Below the pieces are notes generated by a model. The model was not told the DNA's origin, searched no databases, and saw nothing but the letters and a program-made list of their open reading frames with translations. This document shows, piece after piece, positions 10,801 to 39,399 of a DNA stretch of 64,000 bases. The position numbers and the translations under genes were made by a program. Numbering within the stretch: the first letter of the stretch is position 1; the number at the start of each line of letters is the position of its first letter. Origin of the DNA: Yuukianura sp. NJ FZ-2021 (Eukaryota); the NCBI GenBank assembly GCA_046563655.1, contig CM102286.1, forward strand, positions 10,850,001 through 10,914,000, read 5' to 3'.

Positions 10801-13800
10801 TGCTGTGTTCTCCTTGTAAAAATTTTGTCAGCCGGTTTTTCCTTTTTCGGAAAACTTTGAACGTAAAAAATTACAAGCTCTTCGCTCGTATTCTTGAAGG
10901 AGTAGGCAATTTGTAAGAAAGTCACAGAGCCAACAGCTATGAAAAAGAATCATCATCAGATTCAACTTAACATTTTCTTTTTGATTTCAACTTTCTCCCA
11001 TTGTACTCCAACTTTCTCCTGCCTCTGAAGTCTGATGCTCCATAAAACTTTTTGACGAAGGAAACTTTTTCTCCTGTTCAAAACTCAAATTCCCTTTTTC
11101 AAATTTTTTTGAAACTCTCTTTTCGAAAACACGTTTTTGAAATTCTTCTTTTGTAACTTCTCCCTACAGGGTGGTGAGGGTGAATAATAGAGAGTTTTTG
11201 GAAAACGGAAGGGAGCTTCAACCTGTCAAAACGTGACAAATGATTCATTCAAACACGGAGCTCCCGGGAAAAGATCTTCTTCCCATTGGAATGTAAATCT
11301 GTTTTTGGGAACATTTGAAAACGAGATCACTTTCTCCCATGGTACACACGCAGGAAAAAATAAACGACAAACACAATGCACAAATGCAACCAAATCCTAT
11401 TCTCTTTTCCGTTTTCCGTAAAGTGCGCCATTTTATTCCAGACAAAAACGCACACAAGGATAAGGAAAAACAAAATGGGCATAAGGTTTCCAAAAATAAA
11501 CGCCTGCCTTTTTATGATAAACTTAAATTTTGAGCCTGGGCGCAGAAAAATATGAAAATCCCACTTGGTTTTGGCAGATTGGAATATTTTTGAAAATGGT
11601 GGACATAAAAACAGTGGAGGCAATTTCAAACTGAGAGTCGCCTTTTATTCTCATGGTTCCTTTGCATGTCGTCACCAAGTGTGAACATGAACAAGAAAAA
11701 CTTCCTTTGACACCACATAAACTGGAAAGATTTATGCTGGAGTTTTGAAGTTTTGGTTGTGCAACGACGTAAATCAACTGCGATTTTATTTCCCGCCAAT
11801 ATTTACTGCTACAACTCATTTCAACAACTTGTAAAACTTTGCCTTTCTTTGTCTAGCAGTCTTTCAAAATTGTTGTCGTCAAATTTCTAGTTTTGGGTCA
11901 TTGACCTCACCTGCCCTGAGTTGCTCGCTGTGCTCGACACAGAATTTGTTTTGGAAAAATTTTGTTGAACTAACAACTAAACTGTGAAAGTTCAACATAA
12001 AAAAAGGAGAAGCAATTTTGTTGGTAGTAATATGAAATCTCAGTAAAAAGTTAAGCGGTTTTTTTTGACTTGTTAATTTGTCATGAGAAAAAAAAAGATT
12101 TTTTGGCGATGAAGTTTATGCTGAGGAAGGCAGAGATTAATGTAAATTATACTGTCAAGGATGTGGCAACTTAAGACCCAAATGAAAATAACAAGAACAA
12201 GAAAAGTCAAAAACTACTTCCGAAAAGGGAGTTAAAAAAGTAGCGAGAGTTGAGATGAGATTTTGTTATTTCTTAAAAACATTCCAACCTCCGGAACAAC
12301 TTTCATAACAAGCACTTTGGAACTTATTTGAAGTTTGGTATTTGTTTCGTACAAAAACGTCACAGGCTGACCTAATTGCAGGTGAATTTTTCTAACACAT
12401 ATGTTTAGACTTGAACTTGCACTCAGAAGCTGCCAGAGAGACGACTGAACTGCACAAAGTGTTTTACCGCGTTCATTTTACTTGCATAGAACGGATTTGC
12501 GTTTCTCCCTTCTCAAATTCCGTTATTTTGACTTTCTCTTTCATCTTCTGTTTTCTCTTGATGTTTCTCTCTTAGTAAAATGTTAATTTCAAGCTCACTT
12601 TCTCTTTCGTCATTTGAGCCAACATCACAAAAACCATTTTCTACAAAAAATTAAGCGCAGGCCAAGCATACGGCTACAAAGAGATGATGCTAGTAGCTGC
12701 TCATGTTACCATAACAAAATTGGTGCTCATTTAGGGCTTCTCCATCTTCATTTTGGTGTCTTAAATCCCCAAAATCCAAAAGGAACTCTCAGAAGCTAGA
12801 AGCAGAGCTGGATGAATTCCCAGTCATAAAAGTGGCGGTGCGTTCTTAGCAGAACAGAGCTGGGCACAGACTACAGTAAATAACGTAGAGCAATTTGAAC
12901 AACTTTCTTTTTTCTAAGCCAAGGAAAATCTCCACAGTTGAGCTAAAAGGAGGGAAGAAAAAAAAGCTTTTGGTTTTATGGAACAAAGTCCTCCCGAACC
13001 CATTGTCTTCCGCCTCCTTAACTTCTTCTTTAGTTCCAAGAAAAAACTTTTTTTTTTGAAAAAGGAATTGAGATTTATTGTAATTGAGGAGGAGTAGCGC
13101 GGGTAATCCTTTCAATTTAAATTTTCAATTTTCAAAGTTATAATGGTGGTAAGATCATGAGTGTAGTTTGCCTCCTGCCGCCAAAGTTTTGATGCCCAAC
13201 TGTGGTGCTCCTCTTCTTCATTGGTTGGAGACGGAAGAAAGTGTCTTTCTCTGCTTTCATTTTTTCTCACCTCGTAAATAAAGACCTCCCGTTTGAGGGT
13301 GAGAGGGAGAAAGCAGTAATCGTATTTTATGGAGACATAATTCCTCTCCTCTGCCCTCACAAAACTACCATTACTAACGGGTTTGGCGCGCACTTTTCAA
13401 ATTTTGAATTTTTGACTTTTTTTGTGGAAAAGAAAATATTACTTTCTCAAACAGTTCAACTTTTCAATTTGGTTTAACGACCATTTCAGGGAATTATTTT
13501 CATTTTTTTTTTGAAAAAACGCACATAATCTTATTTTCAAAGTTAGTCACATGAAGCTCATTAACGGAAAATTGAAAATTTCAATTGCTTCTTCAAAAAT
13601 ACCGGCGAATGTAAATGTTTAGTGGAAACTCCGTAATATTCTAGCTTATTTTCACCGTAAATATCAAAATACGTTTTTTTGTATAAGGTGCAACTGTTTT
13701 CAAAATTGGAAAAGAATGGACTTACTATCGCTCCCGGACACATGGCACGCATTACGCATGCTATCGATCGCATTGTTGAAATTTTGTAACGAGTTTTGTA

Positions 13801-16025
13801 TGACTGAAGTACTACTTTTTGTAAATTGTGATCTTCGACAGTGTTGTTGGCCAACAGAGGGGATAAAGAGAATCCAACAGGAAGAACAACATTGACTGGG
13901 TGTATCTCCCTCCTAAGGTCGGAAATTGTACTGGATGTGATTAATCATCTGATTTAATCAAGTTTCATTCCCTCTGACAATACTCTACTCTCCCCACCAC
14001 CCTCACACAAGGGGGAAAGTAGAAGGGCGGGTAGTTACCCTGAGCAACGCACTGTTTACTGCAGAACCAATTGTGTCTCAAGAGACAAGACCCAATGACT
14101 CAAATCCCCAGTGGACCCGGGCATTGAACGGGAAGCGGCAGAGTTTGAATGTGAGTCCTTAACCCATAAACCTTTCTGCCTCCTTTGAAAAGTCTTTGTT
14201 GGGGGAGGAATTGGCTACAGTTGAAATGGAACTTTAAATGGAAAGTCCGTGGGTTGTGGGGAGTGGGAAATTGGAAAGGGTGGAAGATGTCGTCTGCCGC
14301 ACCCATTAAACTACTCACAATTACAATGGTCTCTACCGACAACGACCATAACGATTATTTCTCCCTGGTCGACTGCCCCTATTTCACTCACCCTACACAT
14401 ATTGACAAGGGGTAGAGTTAGTGTGTCGGTTCAAGGAGTCGGCCAAACCGGAATCCCGACACTCCGTAAGTTTAAAGAATGTCGGTCGACTCACAAATAT
14501 TTCGAGTTTGAGTATACTTTGCAACCGGGGTGTTTCATTTCTGCTGTGTACGTCTTGAAATATTTTCAAGTATACCGAAGAATTTGGTTTTACCGTTTCA
14601 GGATATCGTGACCGTACGCACTGCGTCTGGTACGCACCTCTGATACCGAGCAGCAATAAAAGTAGAAACACAATTGACGTCAAGATTGAAGTTTTAGACT
14701 TTGAAGTGGGCAATGTCCAATATAATGCAACGAATATGTTCCAATGGGGTGAAAATTTAAAGTTATGACTTTCATAAAACTCGACACTTAACTCAACGAG
14801 TGTCACTTCAAGTGTGAAATTCATGCTAAACGTCTGCTCCTGTTTTTGTTTCTTTTTTTCTTGGTAATGCCAGATACTACTAAATTTTGTGAAAATTAAC
14901 TCAGCATAAATTAAATATTTAGTAACTACTAAGATGTAAGTAAATTTACTCGTAAATTTTTACTTTCGAAAAGTCAGAAAGTTGACCTTGCATAGCTTTC
15001 GAGGTCGCTCCAAGTAATGAAATTTTATGTGTAAAGAAAAGGAAAAGCTCTTAAGTGGAAAAAAGTTTTGTTTGAGCGAGGATGCATTTATGTTTGTAGC
15101 ATAACTGACTGTGTTAGTATTGATCTGAAAAGGCAGGAAGTTTGTTACAACCTCATCATACGAAAGTTCTCCATCCTCGTGACCTCCCCCTGTTCACAGG
15201 AAAGGTCTCACTGCGGCCGTTTTTCATGAATACAACAAATATTACGTGCTGAGCTGACCTCCACTTTCTTAGACTTTCACTCTGCCGCCTTTTCCCGCCT
15301 CTTCCGAAACTTTCTTCTTTTTCTCGCTACTGAATTCGATTCTATTTTTTCAAATTCCATTTCTTGCAATTCCGGACGCAGCAGGAGAAAAGTTGAAGGC
15401 GAACGAGAGTCGAACAATCGCTTGTTTTTGGCTTTACTTTTTTCTCAAGAGAAAAAAAACTTGAGAACCGGAAGAATTTCATCTGGGAAGAAAATTCGAC
15501 TTAAGAATTTTAACTTTCCCGTCGTACTTTTCCCTGAGGGAAACTACTCCACCCGCCAACAACTTTAAAACCTTCCGCATCCAATGCTAATTTCAACAAC
15601 GAAAATTTCTAACTAAATTTACACTCGTCTTGGCAGTAATGAATGTCAGGAAGGGTGGATGTGAAATGTGGAATTTTTTGAAAATTTTCCCACTCTTCTG
15701 ATCATCACAGAATACAAAGTCAAGTTCTCCACAAAAATGCAAAATGCAATCTAATTTTAGGAATAATGGAACAGCAAAAAAGTTGAGCGGCAAAGCCAAC
15801 TTTTTCAAAATAGAAAATAGATTTTTTCCAAAATTCCTCTTGAAATCCAATAAAAATTCACAACTTTGAACGTGTTTAAAATTTCAAACTTTTTCGACAT
15901 GAGAAGCTTTTGGCTCAGGAAGCAATAAGCCAATTTAATTTTAAATTTATTAGTTATAAGACAAAATGAGTTTATTTTTAGCAAGATTTGAATTATTTTC
16001 AAAAACAAACTGTATTTTTTTTCAG

Positions 16026-30927
<14,902 letters not shown>

Positions 30928-31999
30928 AACGTCATAAACTACATTAAGTAAACTCATTAAGTAATTAGAATAAATTAAATAGTTAAAATAAATTACATAG
31001 TGTAGACCGGTTGGATATTTTACTTGTAATGTAAAACCTTCCTTGTCAAATATAAAACTTTCTCCATGTGAAGACTGCGGTTCTACTTAACCAAATCAAC
31101 TACTCTTTATAAATTAATTCACATCATACTTTATTTAAAGTTATTATTATAAAAATAAGATAATTAAATTGCTTAGCAATTTAAAATCTTAGTTTAAGTA
31201 ACTACTGATAGGCTACCTAGTGCGGATTTGTACAAAAGCATAAAGTAATTGTGTACAGTTTAGAAAACTTTGTTTAGTAAGCAGAAACTCTTTAGAAGCC
31301 ACTGCCTTTTGGTTTTAATCTTATACTTTATATCTAGTCAATTTATATACCAAACTTCAGTTTTTTTTTAAATGAGAATCGACATTTTGAAGGTTTAGTG
31401 TTCGAAATTTTGATTGAAAAATCCTTGGTGTTTTGCACGTCAACATAGTCGAAAGGTATACTTTTGTGTTTTTTTTTATTAAGGGCATATCACCGGTATT
31501 GGTAGACAATTTATGTTCAAATATTCTTTGGTTGTCCGTGTATCGCAGGTTTGATCGAAAGTTGAGTAAAAGCAAATTTTATAGGAAAAATTGTTCATAA
31601 AGTTTATATTCATTTGGAATGCCTGTTTTTACCTAATTATTTAAACTTTTTACTCGAATTTTACCACAATATGATTTTGAAGAAAAACAGGTTTGAAATA
31701 CTCTTGGGAAACTTTTTGAACTTCACATACCAAACTTTTGAACTTTTATACCAAATTAAAATTTAGGTTTGGAAATCCAGCAGCGTTGAAACAGGTTCGT
31801 TGGGTTGTGAAGCAGAAAAATGCTTGAATTCTTTTTTATGACTTTTAACAGTCTCAAACCGGTTTGAAATCATTATTTTTTTTTTGTAAACAAGGTAAAC
31901 AAGTTTTTGAGCAAGAAAATAAGCTGGATGTATCAGTCTGACCTTAGCACCCACCGACTCGGTTTCCAGTTTCTAAAATGTGAACAAGCAATACGCGCA

Positions 32000-34260
32000 A
32001 TCATGAAGCAACAAAACAGAAGTGAAGAAGAGTTCTAAGAAATAAAAACAATCCGAATTACTTTGCTTGCGCGGAGGTTTTCTCTAGGCTCTTGCACTGG
32101 TAAGTAAATGGATTAAATATTCTTAGAACGACGCGTACTCCGCATATATTTTACCATTGACCTTGTCTGAAGGGAAAGGATATTTTGTTGTTCGAGATCG
32201 GGAAAACACCGACTTTGAGGACTTCGTTAGTGGAGGAAGACGACTCGACTTTACTTGGAAATGAACTGGAACATGAGCTTTGGAAACAACTAGGAAATTC
32301 CAAACGACCTTTATTCAAAGTATTGTTGAAAATTTACGGCTGGACCCATGGTAATTTTATTTACTATAATATTATTTCTTGCTTACCAAGCTCTGCTAAA
32401 CGGTAGCTTGTTGCTGCTGCTGAGAGCTTGGTAAAAAAAACAACAAATGAAACATATCGTAAGGATATACATACTAGAAAAAAATAATTAATACGCATTC
32501 GTGTTTGATTTTTTTGCAGGATGAAATGATAAGAGGGCGTTGTCTCGAAGGAAGCTCTGAGAGGAGGAAATTTACTACTACTTTACCATATACGCGCATG
32601 TCTAGAAATTCCGGTTATTGTGTTGCCCTTCACTGCCATTACATTTTTTTTCACGTATTCGAAGCATATCCAAATTGTATAACAATTTTCTTGAAGTTGT
32701 ACTCCATGCACCTGTTACCAGTTTTTTTCAAACGACGCATACTGGATGGATACTAAACCGAGATTCTCAAAAGGATATTGCCACGTCAGACCAAATAATT
32801 CCTCAACTCTTTCTTCTACCAGTACTGTGAAGGTAACAATAATTTTGCTAATTTTTGAACGAATATAACTTATTTCATTCTAAATTTGATTGTTTCTAAC
32901 GCTGAGGTTTCTTTACAGACTCTTGGTTTATTGAACGTTATGAATCCATTTCCCGCAACCATTTAGATTTTTGGATTCTACAAAACAAGGAAACAGCTCA
33001 AGTGCGCTTCAGAAATTCCTCGCCTAAAGACTACAAGTACGTTACTAAAAAATTTGATTATTTGCACATATTTATATGTGTTATTTAAAAAATAGATAAC
33101 TCAACACTGAATATACATAACCTAGGAAACACTGTCCGTGATTGTGCTTTCTCATCTGATGTCCACAATTCGTTCCTTTCAAATGGAAAAGAAGTTCGAA
33201 ACAGCGTTTGATGAATATCAAAACACGAATTCGTGTGTCACACTTTCTCATGCGATTGTCACCAGTTGCTTCGGAGTTGCAATCCAAAGCTTGCGCCTAG
33301 TTTACGTCGCTACTATATGCATTCTCTTCATGTTCGTCCCAACAGGTAGTAGAGTTTTAAAATTATTGTTTGTTTTTTTTTTCGAAAAATCTTTTAAAAG
33401 AAAACTATTGCAGCTCAAAGAGTTGAGGGTCTCGTACGTTCTTCCTTCCACTTTCTTCACATTCTTAGAGGGGCAACTGATCCGGAAAGTAGTTTTGTAG
33501 TAGTGAACAGAATTCTTGAATATTCAAAGCTGCCAGACGCCATACGAATGGCATTCCATCGACATTCGACAATCTTCCATCCTCGACGTGTCGCACCTCA
33601 TGATGTCACAATTCTCTCAGCTCTATCTGATACATTGATGGTATAACGTGTGTCCGAAAATCGTCTAGGAATCGAAGTATCCGAAGATGGAAATCATTTC
33701 AGTCATACAGAAAAACAAGAAATTTCTTTCGGAAAGGCGATTCTTCGAAATCTGATGTTTTTTGTCATGGATAAATCTTCTGCCCATTTAGACTACCGGT
33801 ATTATTTAGCAGTTGCAAAAATGATCCAAATATTTGGCTTTTCCGAGCTCTAATTTTTTTTTTTCAGAGCGGATACTGTTCTTCGATCCCTCGTTCAACC
33901 AAAGTTTAGTACAGCCACATTGATTACAGTAGCTATAATCGTCTTCAAACAATAGTGAATTCAGACAGGATATGTCTCATGGAAGATAAAGAAATTTCGG
34001 TAATTTTTTTTAATTCTGTTTTTTTTTTACGAATTTCTTTCATTTTCATGTTCATTTTTGTTTGTTGAATTTTTAAGGAGTTGGATACGGCCCAACGTCT
34101 TTTACACAATACAAATGGACAATTTTTGCAATTAATCAAAAAAATCAAACTTTGCACAATGAAGACGGATGCATATCAGAAACTACAACGAGCGTAAACC
34201 CATACAAGGCCCCTGCAAACGGATGTGGAGAATTTATGAAGAACTGAATGTTATCTTAGT
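32000..34260 (+). pseudogene. Degenerate multi-exon gene of unknown family
   Basis: Alternating coding-like blocks and short AT-rich introns with GT/AG signals (e.g. gtaagt ~32100, tttttgcag ~32519, tttttcag ~33868), but stops in every frame. No motif recognised. Confidence 0.3.
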
Positions 34261-35799
34261 GCTAATAATTTGCACGTGGGTATAATTCAATTGTTGGAAG
34301 TCGAAAGTTGAAGACCACTGACCGAAAAACTTTGTAGTTAAACAAGCCTCACTATTCACGAAAATTTTCTTGTGAATACGATAAACAGTTTTCGCACCGG
34401 TCGGTCATTTTCAATGGTCCAACGTATTGAGTGTCGACTCGAAACCAGAAGAATTTTTTCCACCATTTCGTAACCCGTACTAGTCATTTTATCGTTATTT
34501 GCTTCTCGTCCACTTCACGTAAATCTGACAATGACACTGTCCCAGTGTTGAGTTGTCAGCCTGCCCCTTCACCATTGGCCATCGTTGCCTGTTCTCAGGC
34601 AGGGTACCGGATAAGAAGGAGGTGAGGCTGGCGCACATAGATTGGGATTGGGCCAAACAGTATACAAAGTAATATAATATAATAATATAATATATAATAA
34701 AACTCAAAATTTGACTTGCGCTCTCCTGATAATAACTTCAGAAATACGGAAGCGTAAAAGCGACACCCAGCATCTCTCGGCTTATATAGCTTTCTCACTT
34801 TTCGAAACAGAATTTCTCACTCCTTTCACACGTTTTTCCCTTCGTACAACACTTTCTCAAAAGGTGTAAGTTTTGATGCTTTGGTCGAGTATCCCTTCCA
34901 AGGATTGACAATCGATACCAGAAGGCAGAATATCGATCCTTGTGAGCGGTTTAAACCACTCATACTGTAAGGCGTAATAGCCTATAACCATTCACCTTTA
35001 CGTGGGCCCAAGGCTACTTTATGGCTCATGAGCCCATAGCTGGTTGACTTATGGTCTCAGTCGTGAGGAATTCTCATAATATTACGAGGTATGTGTCCCG
35101 GATATGCATTACCTGTGCCCAAGGTCACTTTATGACGTATTAGCCAAGAGCAGGATAACTCAATTGCTATCCCTGAGGCATTCCCACAGTGTGTATGAGT
35201 CATGTACCTAACTTTATCTAGAGAGTATCTCTTTATATGTAGACAGACTGAGCTTGGACTCCGGGAGAGCCTACACTTGGGCTCCGAGGGAGTCTGAGTC
35301 GTGGCTCGAGTTTACAGAACGAGAGTCACACTTTGCTTGGCGTCGGTTGTCCGAGGGACTAGTAAGAATTGTCACTATACGATTGGTACAGAGTTAGCTT
35401 AGTTCCTAGACAGGTTATCGGGTTAGTAGGAGATACCCATATAATGGAGGTCAAGTTGAAGGTGATCTCTGACCTTCGATACGTAAAGTGAAGTATTCTT
35501 AATATGTTCGGTACTCATAAGTTTTGAGTTTAAGACATTCGAACACGGTGTATTCCTTTTCTAATGAGAATGAGGTATGGAGATTCATATAAATTATAGA
35601 TTGTGGACCACCATCAGCACTACATCCAATATGACTTTCTTGGGTATGTTTGTACATCATGGCCACTGTCCAGTGGGTGAACCCACTGATTTGTGTTGTT
35701 GATAGGGTATTTATCCAATTAAAGCTGTTGGGATTGTTCTACGGTTGCGGCGGCATGTGCATTCAAGAGGTCATCGATTATGTGACTATAGGCTAAAAC

Positions 35800-36914
35800 T
35801 CATGTAAGTAATTTTGTTCTCATATTATGTCGCATAACAGTTGCCATGAAATAGTACCTAGAAAAGCTGATCAAATGGTGAATTGGAAATTGAGCCTTAA
35901 AAAACAAATATAACACCGGAAAGGGACAAAATCCAAAGAAAATTATAACCACAGTTTCTAATTCACAAACGTTTATAATCAAAGCCGTGATCCCTGTTGG
36001 AAGACGAGGTAGAGCGTTTTTGCGCGTGGTCGGTATACAGGGCAAGTTTGTATATTTGCAGGGAATTAAGGGAAGGTGGCATGTGATTGAGTTCTAATGT
36101 GACATAGGGGAGTTTCTGACGGATTTCAGATGCTGTTTCAATAGTTAACTCACCACAAAATATAGTTTTAAAGAAAGGAAAGCGTCAGCATTCCAGCAAC
36201 GTGGTGGAGTGCGTAATCGGGAAATCCATATCCCATCAGTGTGAAACTTGTCAGTGTCGAGCAATGAACTATTCCGCACATAATGCTTTCGTCTGTTAGG
36301 TGATGAGAAGATAACGACAGCTTAGTCAATTTGGTCAAGCTTCCGAGGAATGGGGAAAATCGTTATATATTGGAACTAGGTGGGGTGTATATATATCGAT
36401 CAATTTCCTGAAGACACGATTCTTCGCAATTCATGTGATAGCGTTGTCTGTAAATGTAGCTTCCGTTGCTATTAGTACTTGTAAGTTGAAGGTACTACGG
36501 GTGTTGCCTTTTTTCGCTTCTGAACCGTAGACCGTACCAGCTGTGGACCACTATTTGTTTAATACGTCCGAATTAGTAGCACAGTGTTTAGGTTCACATT
36601 TAAGCCATATTGAAATTGGTTATATGTCTAGATGGTTTTCCATAAGTAAAATTGGAAACCTCGTTCCATCTACATAGAGCTACCCTAACATCGGCACTAG
36701 CATCTAATTCTGAAATCTCCAAGGGCACATCCCGTAGTGCCCATCCTATTTGTAATATTGACCACATCCTTGGGTCAAGCACGTGACGCTTTGTCATCAA
36801 ATTATCTTCTGGATCGGCTTGGCGGCATCGGATGGCTCCGTCTTCTCCTCTCATGAGCACGGATCCTTCAGCCATCAGCGTCAGTGTAAGTAAAAGCATA
36901 ATGCAGGGAGACAT
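35800..36914 (-). pseudogene. Decayed secreted/membrane glycoprotein, possibly viral-envelope-like
   Basis: Signal peptide MSPCIMLLLTLTLMAEG, scattered Cys across shifted frames, hydrophobic C-terminal VVIIFFGFCPFPVLYLFF. No introns; stops and frameshifts present. Confidence 0.4.
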
Positions 36915-37296
36915 CCTTCTTATGTTTCCTCTTCCTGGAAGGTTGCGTATGGAGTTAATACTCCTCCTTCATTTCATGAAGGTAGAATCTACTTAATACT
37001 AAATCCTAACACCACTGGCAAGTTCTCCCGCAGTAGGTTTAGTCCCCCCCGAGTCCAAAAGCTTGGAGGTAAATATGATAATGCTCTCTTTTTTGGGCAT
37101 TGGGTGTAGCTATCAACTCATGTGACATCTTTAGAAAGAAAAAACCTATCGGACTGGCTAGCTCCGGGCATGATGCGCCATGGACTGGGATCTTGACCGA
37201 GTTTTTCTCTTCACTCGTCAGAAACTTCAAGTGAGATATGCTAGCCTTAAATGGAGGGACTTTGGCTTAAGCAACTCGGCGCCGGAACTCAATAAG

Positions 37297-37682
37297 AGGA
37301 ACATCTGCAGAGACTTAACCCGACCTTAATTACTGAGCCCTTTGGTCACGGCGGAACCTTCGCTGCCTCCGAACTCAGTGTGATATCCTGTTGTCTAGGC
37401 TGTCCAGCTATCGCCCTACCTAATAGCAAGTTTCGGCTGGTCGCGACTCCAGCGTCCGCAAGTATCCGGATTATCCTTCAACATAGAGCAGTCATGGGGC
37501 ATTGTCGCCACATACCATAACCCCGGTCAAGCTTACACCAGTTGCTAAGGGTCTACCTCCTGACCCCGACGTGTCCCTATAAACGGGAAACTTCAAGTCC
37601 TTACGAGGACTCGGACCTTAAGCTATTGTCCTTGAACAGTACTATATAGTCACGAGGTCTATCCTCTCTCGTGACGAAGTCA
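37297..37682 (-). ncRNA. Conserved ~390-nt structured RNA element, copy 1
   Basis: Colinear homologue at 44723-45112. Many stems are kept in both copies, and G-U pairs form only on the minus strand. Confidence 0.65.
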
Positions 37683-37968
37683 TTTCTAGATCTCGGCGAA
37701 TTGAGTGAAGACTCTCCTCCCTCACTCTAAGCGTTAACCTGTTTTTTATTAATTCAAAATAAAGCAACTACAGTTTTAGTTTCATTAATCTGTGACATAG
37801 GAATTCAATAGTACTGTGATGAAATCTGAAATTAAATCTCCAATTTGGAGCGTTGTGCTGTATATTCAATTTGGGATGCTGCAGATCCCCTTATGAACTC
37901 CACTCTGGATTTGAATTCGTTAACTATTCGCGCCAAAAATTTAGTTCAAACATTTCTGTCATAAAGTT

Positions 37969-39030
37969 CTACGTTACCTCATTCAGGGTAGAAGGAAGGT
38001 GGTTCAGCTCTAAAGTTGCAAAAGGGAGTTGTTTTCGTATTGCCCAAGCAGTGTCTAGTGTTAGTTGTGCGCAAAAGATGGTTTAAAAAAATGAAAGGTT
38101 TAACTTCTGTGTGAGATGGTGAAGTGCACGATCGGAAAAGCCATAACCTGTTAGTGTTAAACTTGTTAGAGTGGTACAAGCAGCGACACCCCACATTATC
38201 GTAGCGTCAGTTAAGAACTTCGAACCCACGGAAAGTTTCGACAACGATTTTAAATTTTCCAGGAATGAAGGTGTGCGAATAAGATCGGACGGATGCGCCG
38301 AGTAAAGTGCTACAACTTTGCCTTGATGTGGCCACCATCCAGTTACAATGCCTGTAATCCCGTCATCTGTAAATTGACCATCAATCGCAACCAATGCCAT
38401 TAAAGACGTTAGATTTTCAAAAATGGAGTGCATCGTCTGATTCGATACAAACTGAATATCCGATTTCTTTCGATGTGGAAAAAGGAACCAAATTTTCTCT
38501 ATAGTGAATGGATCTACGGCAAAGTCAAGGTCAAATTGGTCCACTGTGAATGACGATAAGGAAGGATAGGTCACACCACTTCCAGTATCTATGTCGTCAA
38601 ACATAGGTTGTAATTTTCTAGTTTTAAGGAGCTTCAGAGGGTCGAGTTGCAGCAATTGTAATGGGAAAGCCAGCGAGTCATTAAAGGAAGTGAGGGTTAA
38701 AGAATGGAGACGGGTAAGTTGCAAGAAAACCTGGAAGCGAGAGCAGGTGGTGGGGAAAGGGTGCATAATTTTGGAGGAAATACCTAGCAAATGTGAAATC
38801 GAGCGAATGATATCTAATCGAGGTTTTGACTTTTAGTAAAAACTAGTGTATTTCACAAGAATGTTGATTTAACCCAAGTAAGTCCAGTTGAAGCGTTCCA
38901 ATGGTTATTCCTTAGACGCTAAGTTTAACAGGTTAGCCCATTGGTCGAGCGGGAAATTCAAGTTTTTGAGTTGATAAAGTTTAGGACAGCTCTCATCGCT
39001 TAGAATATGAATAAGCGGTTGAAGCGATGT
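37969..39030 (-). pseudogene. Intronless leucine-rich-repeat (F-box/LRR, RNI-like) gene, copy 1
   Basis: LTSLMALVAIDGQFTDDGITG, LENLKSLSKLSV, LTSLTLTGYGFSD. Premature TAA at 38083-38085 where copy 2 has Lys; homology continues past it. Confidence 0.75.
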
Positions 39031-39049
39031 TTTTCATCAATAGCAATAC

Positions 39050-39350
39050 CGCAGGCACGCCCACATGAGCACGCGAGAACTACGCGATCCATTCCCACAT
39101 GTACATTGTGAATATGGGAAGTCCAAGATTCTTCGGTGGAAAAGCTAAATGGTAAAGCTGAAGAAGTCCCACCAAGCAAAGCTTTTGCACGAAATTCCGT
39201 TTCACAACTCCCACAATACCATTGTGAATTGTCATGGATTCGAGAACAATTAAGATAAGCGGGCAAATCGATATCCAAAAAAGTGGGAATGGCCAAGATT
39301 TCAGGTTCAGCATGATTTTTCGCTAGGAAATCACACCGATAATTAACCAA
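39050..39350 (-). pseudogene. Cys/His zinc-finger-like coding fragment
   Basis: WYCGSC...WTSHIHNVH...ACSCG pattern, abutting the LRR gene. Confidence 0.35.
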
Positions 39351-39399
39351 ATTCTCGTCTGTATCTTCAACATGAATTTCAGCAAGAGTAGTAGGACTT

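Noticed and set aside
6362..15900. Many 60-150 aa ORFs in the AT-rich region, and similar ones inside TRIM9 introns
   Set aside because: Phe/Lys/Leu-rich translations of low-complexity non-coding DNA, without domains or consistent splice phases.
35006..35215. CRISPR-like repeat/spacer pattern
   Set aside because: Only two diverged ~111-bp units, no unique spacers, no cas genes, eukaryotic context.
37590..37620. Hammerhead ribozyme (GUCC-loop-GGAC followed by GAA on the minus strand)
   Set aside because: The CUGAUGA core is absent in both copies.
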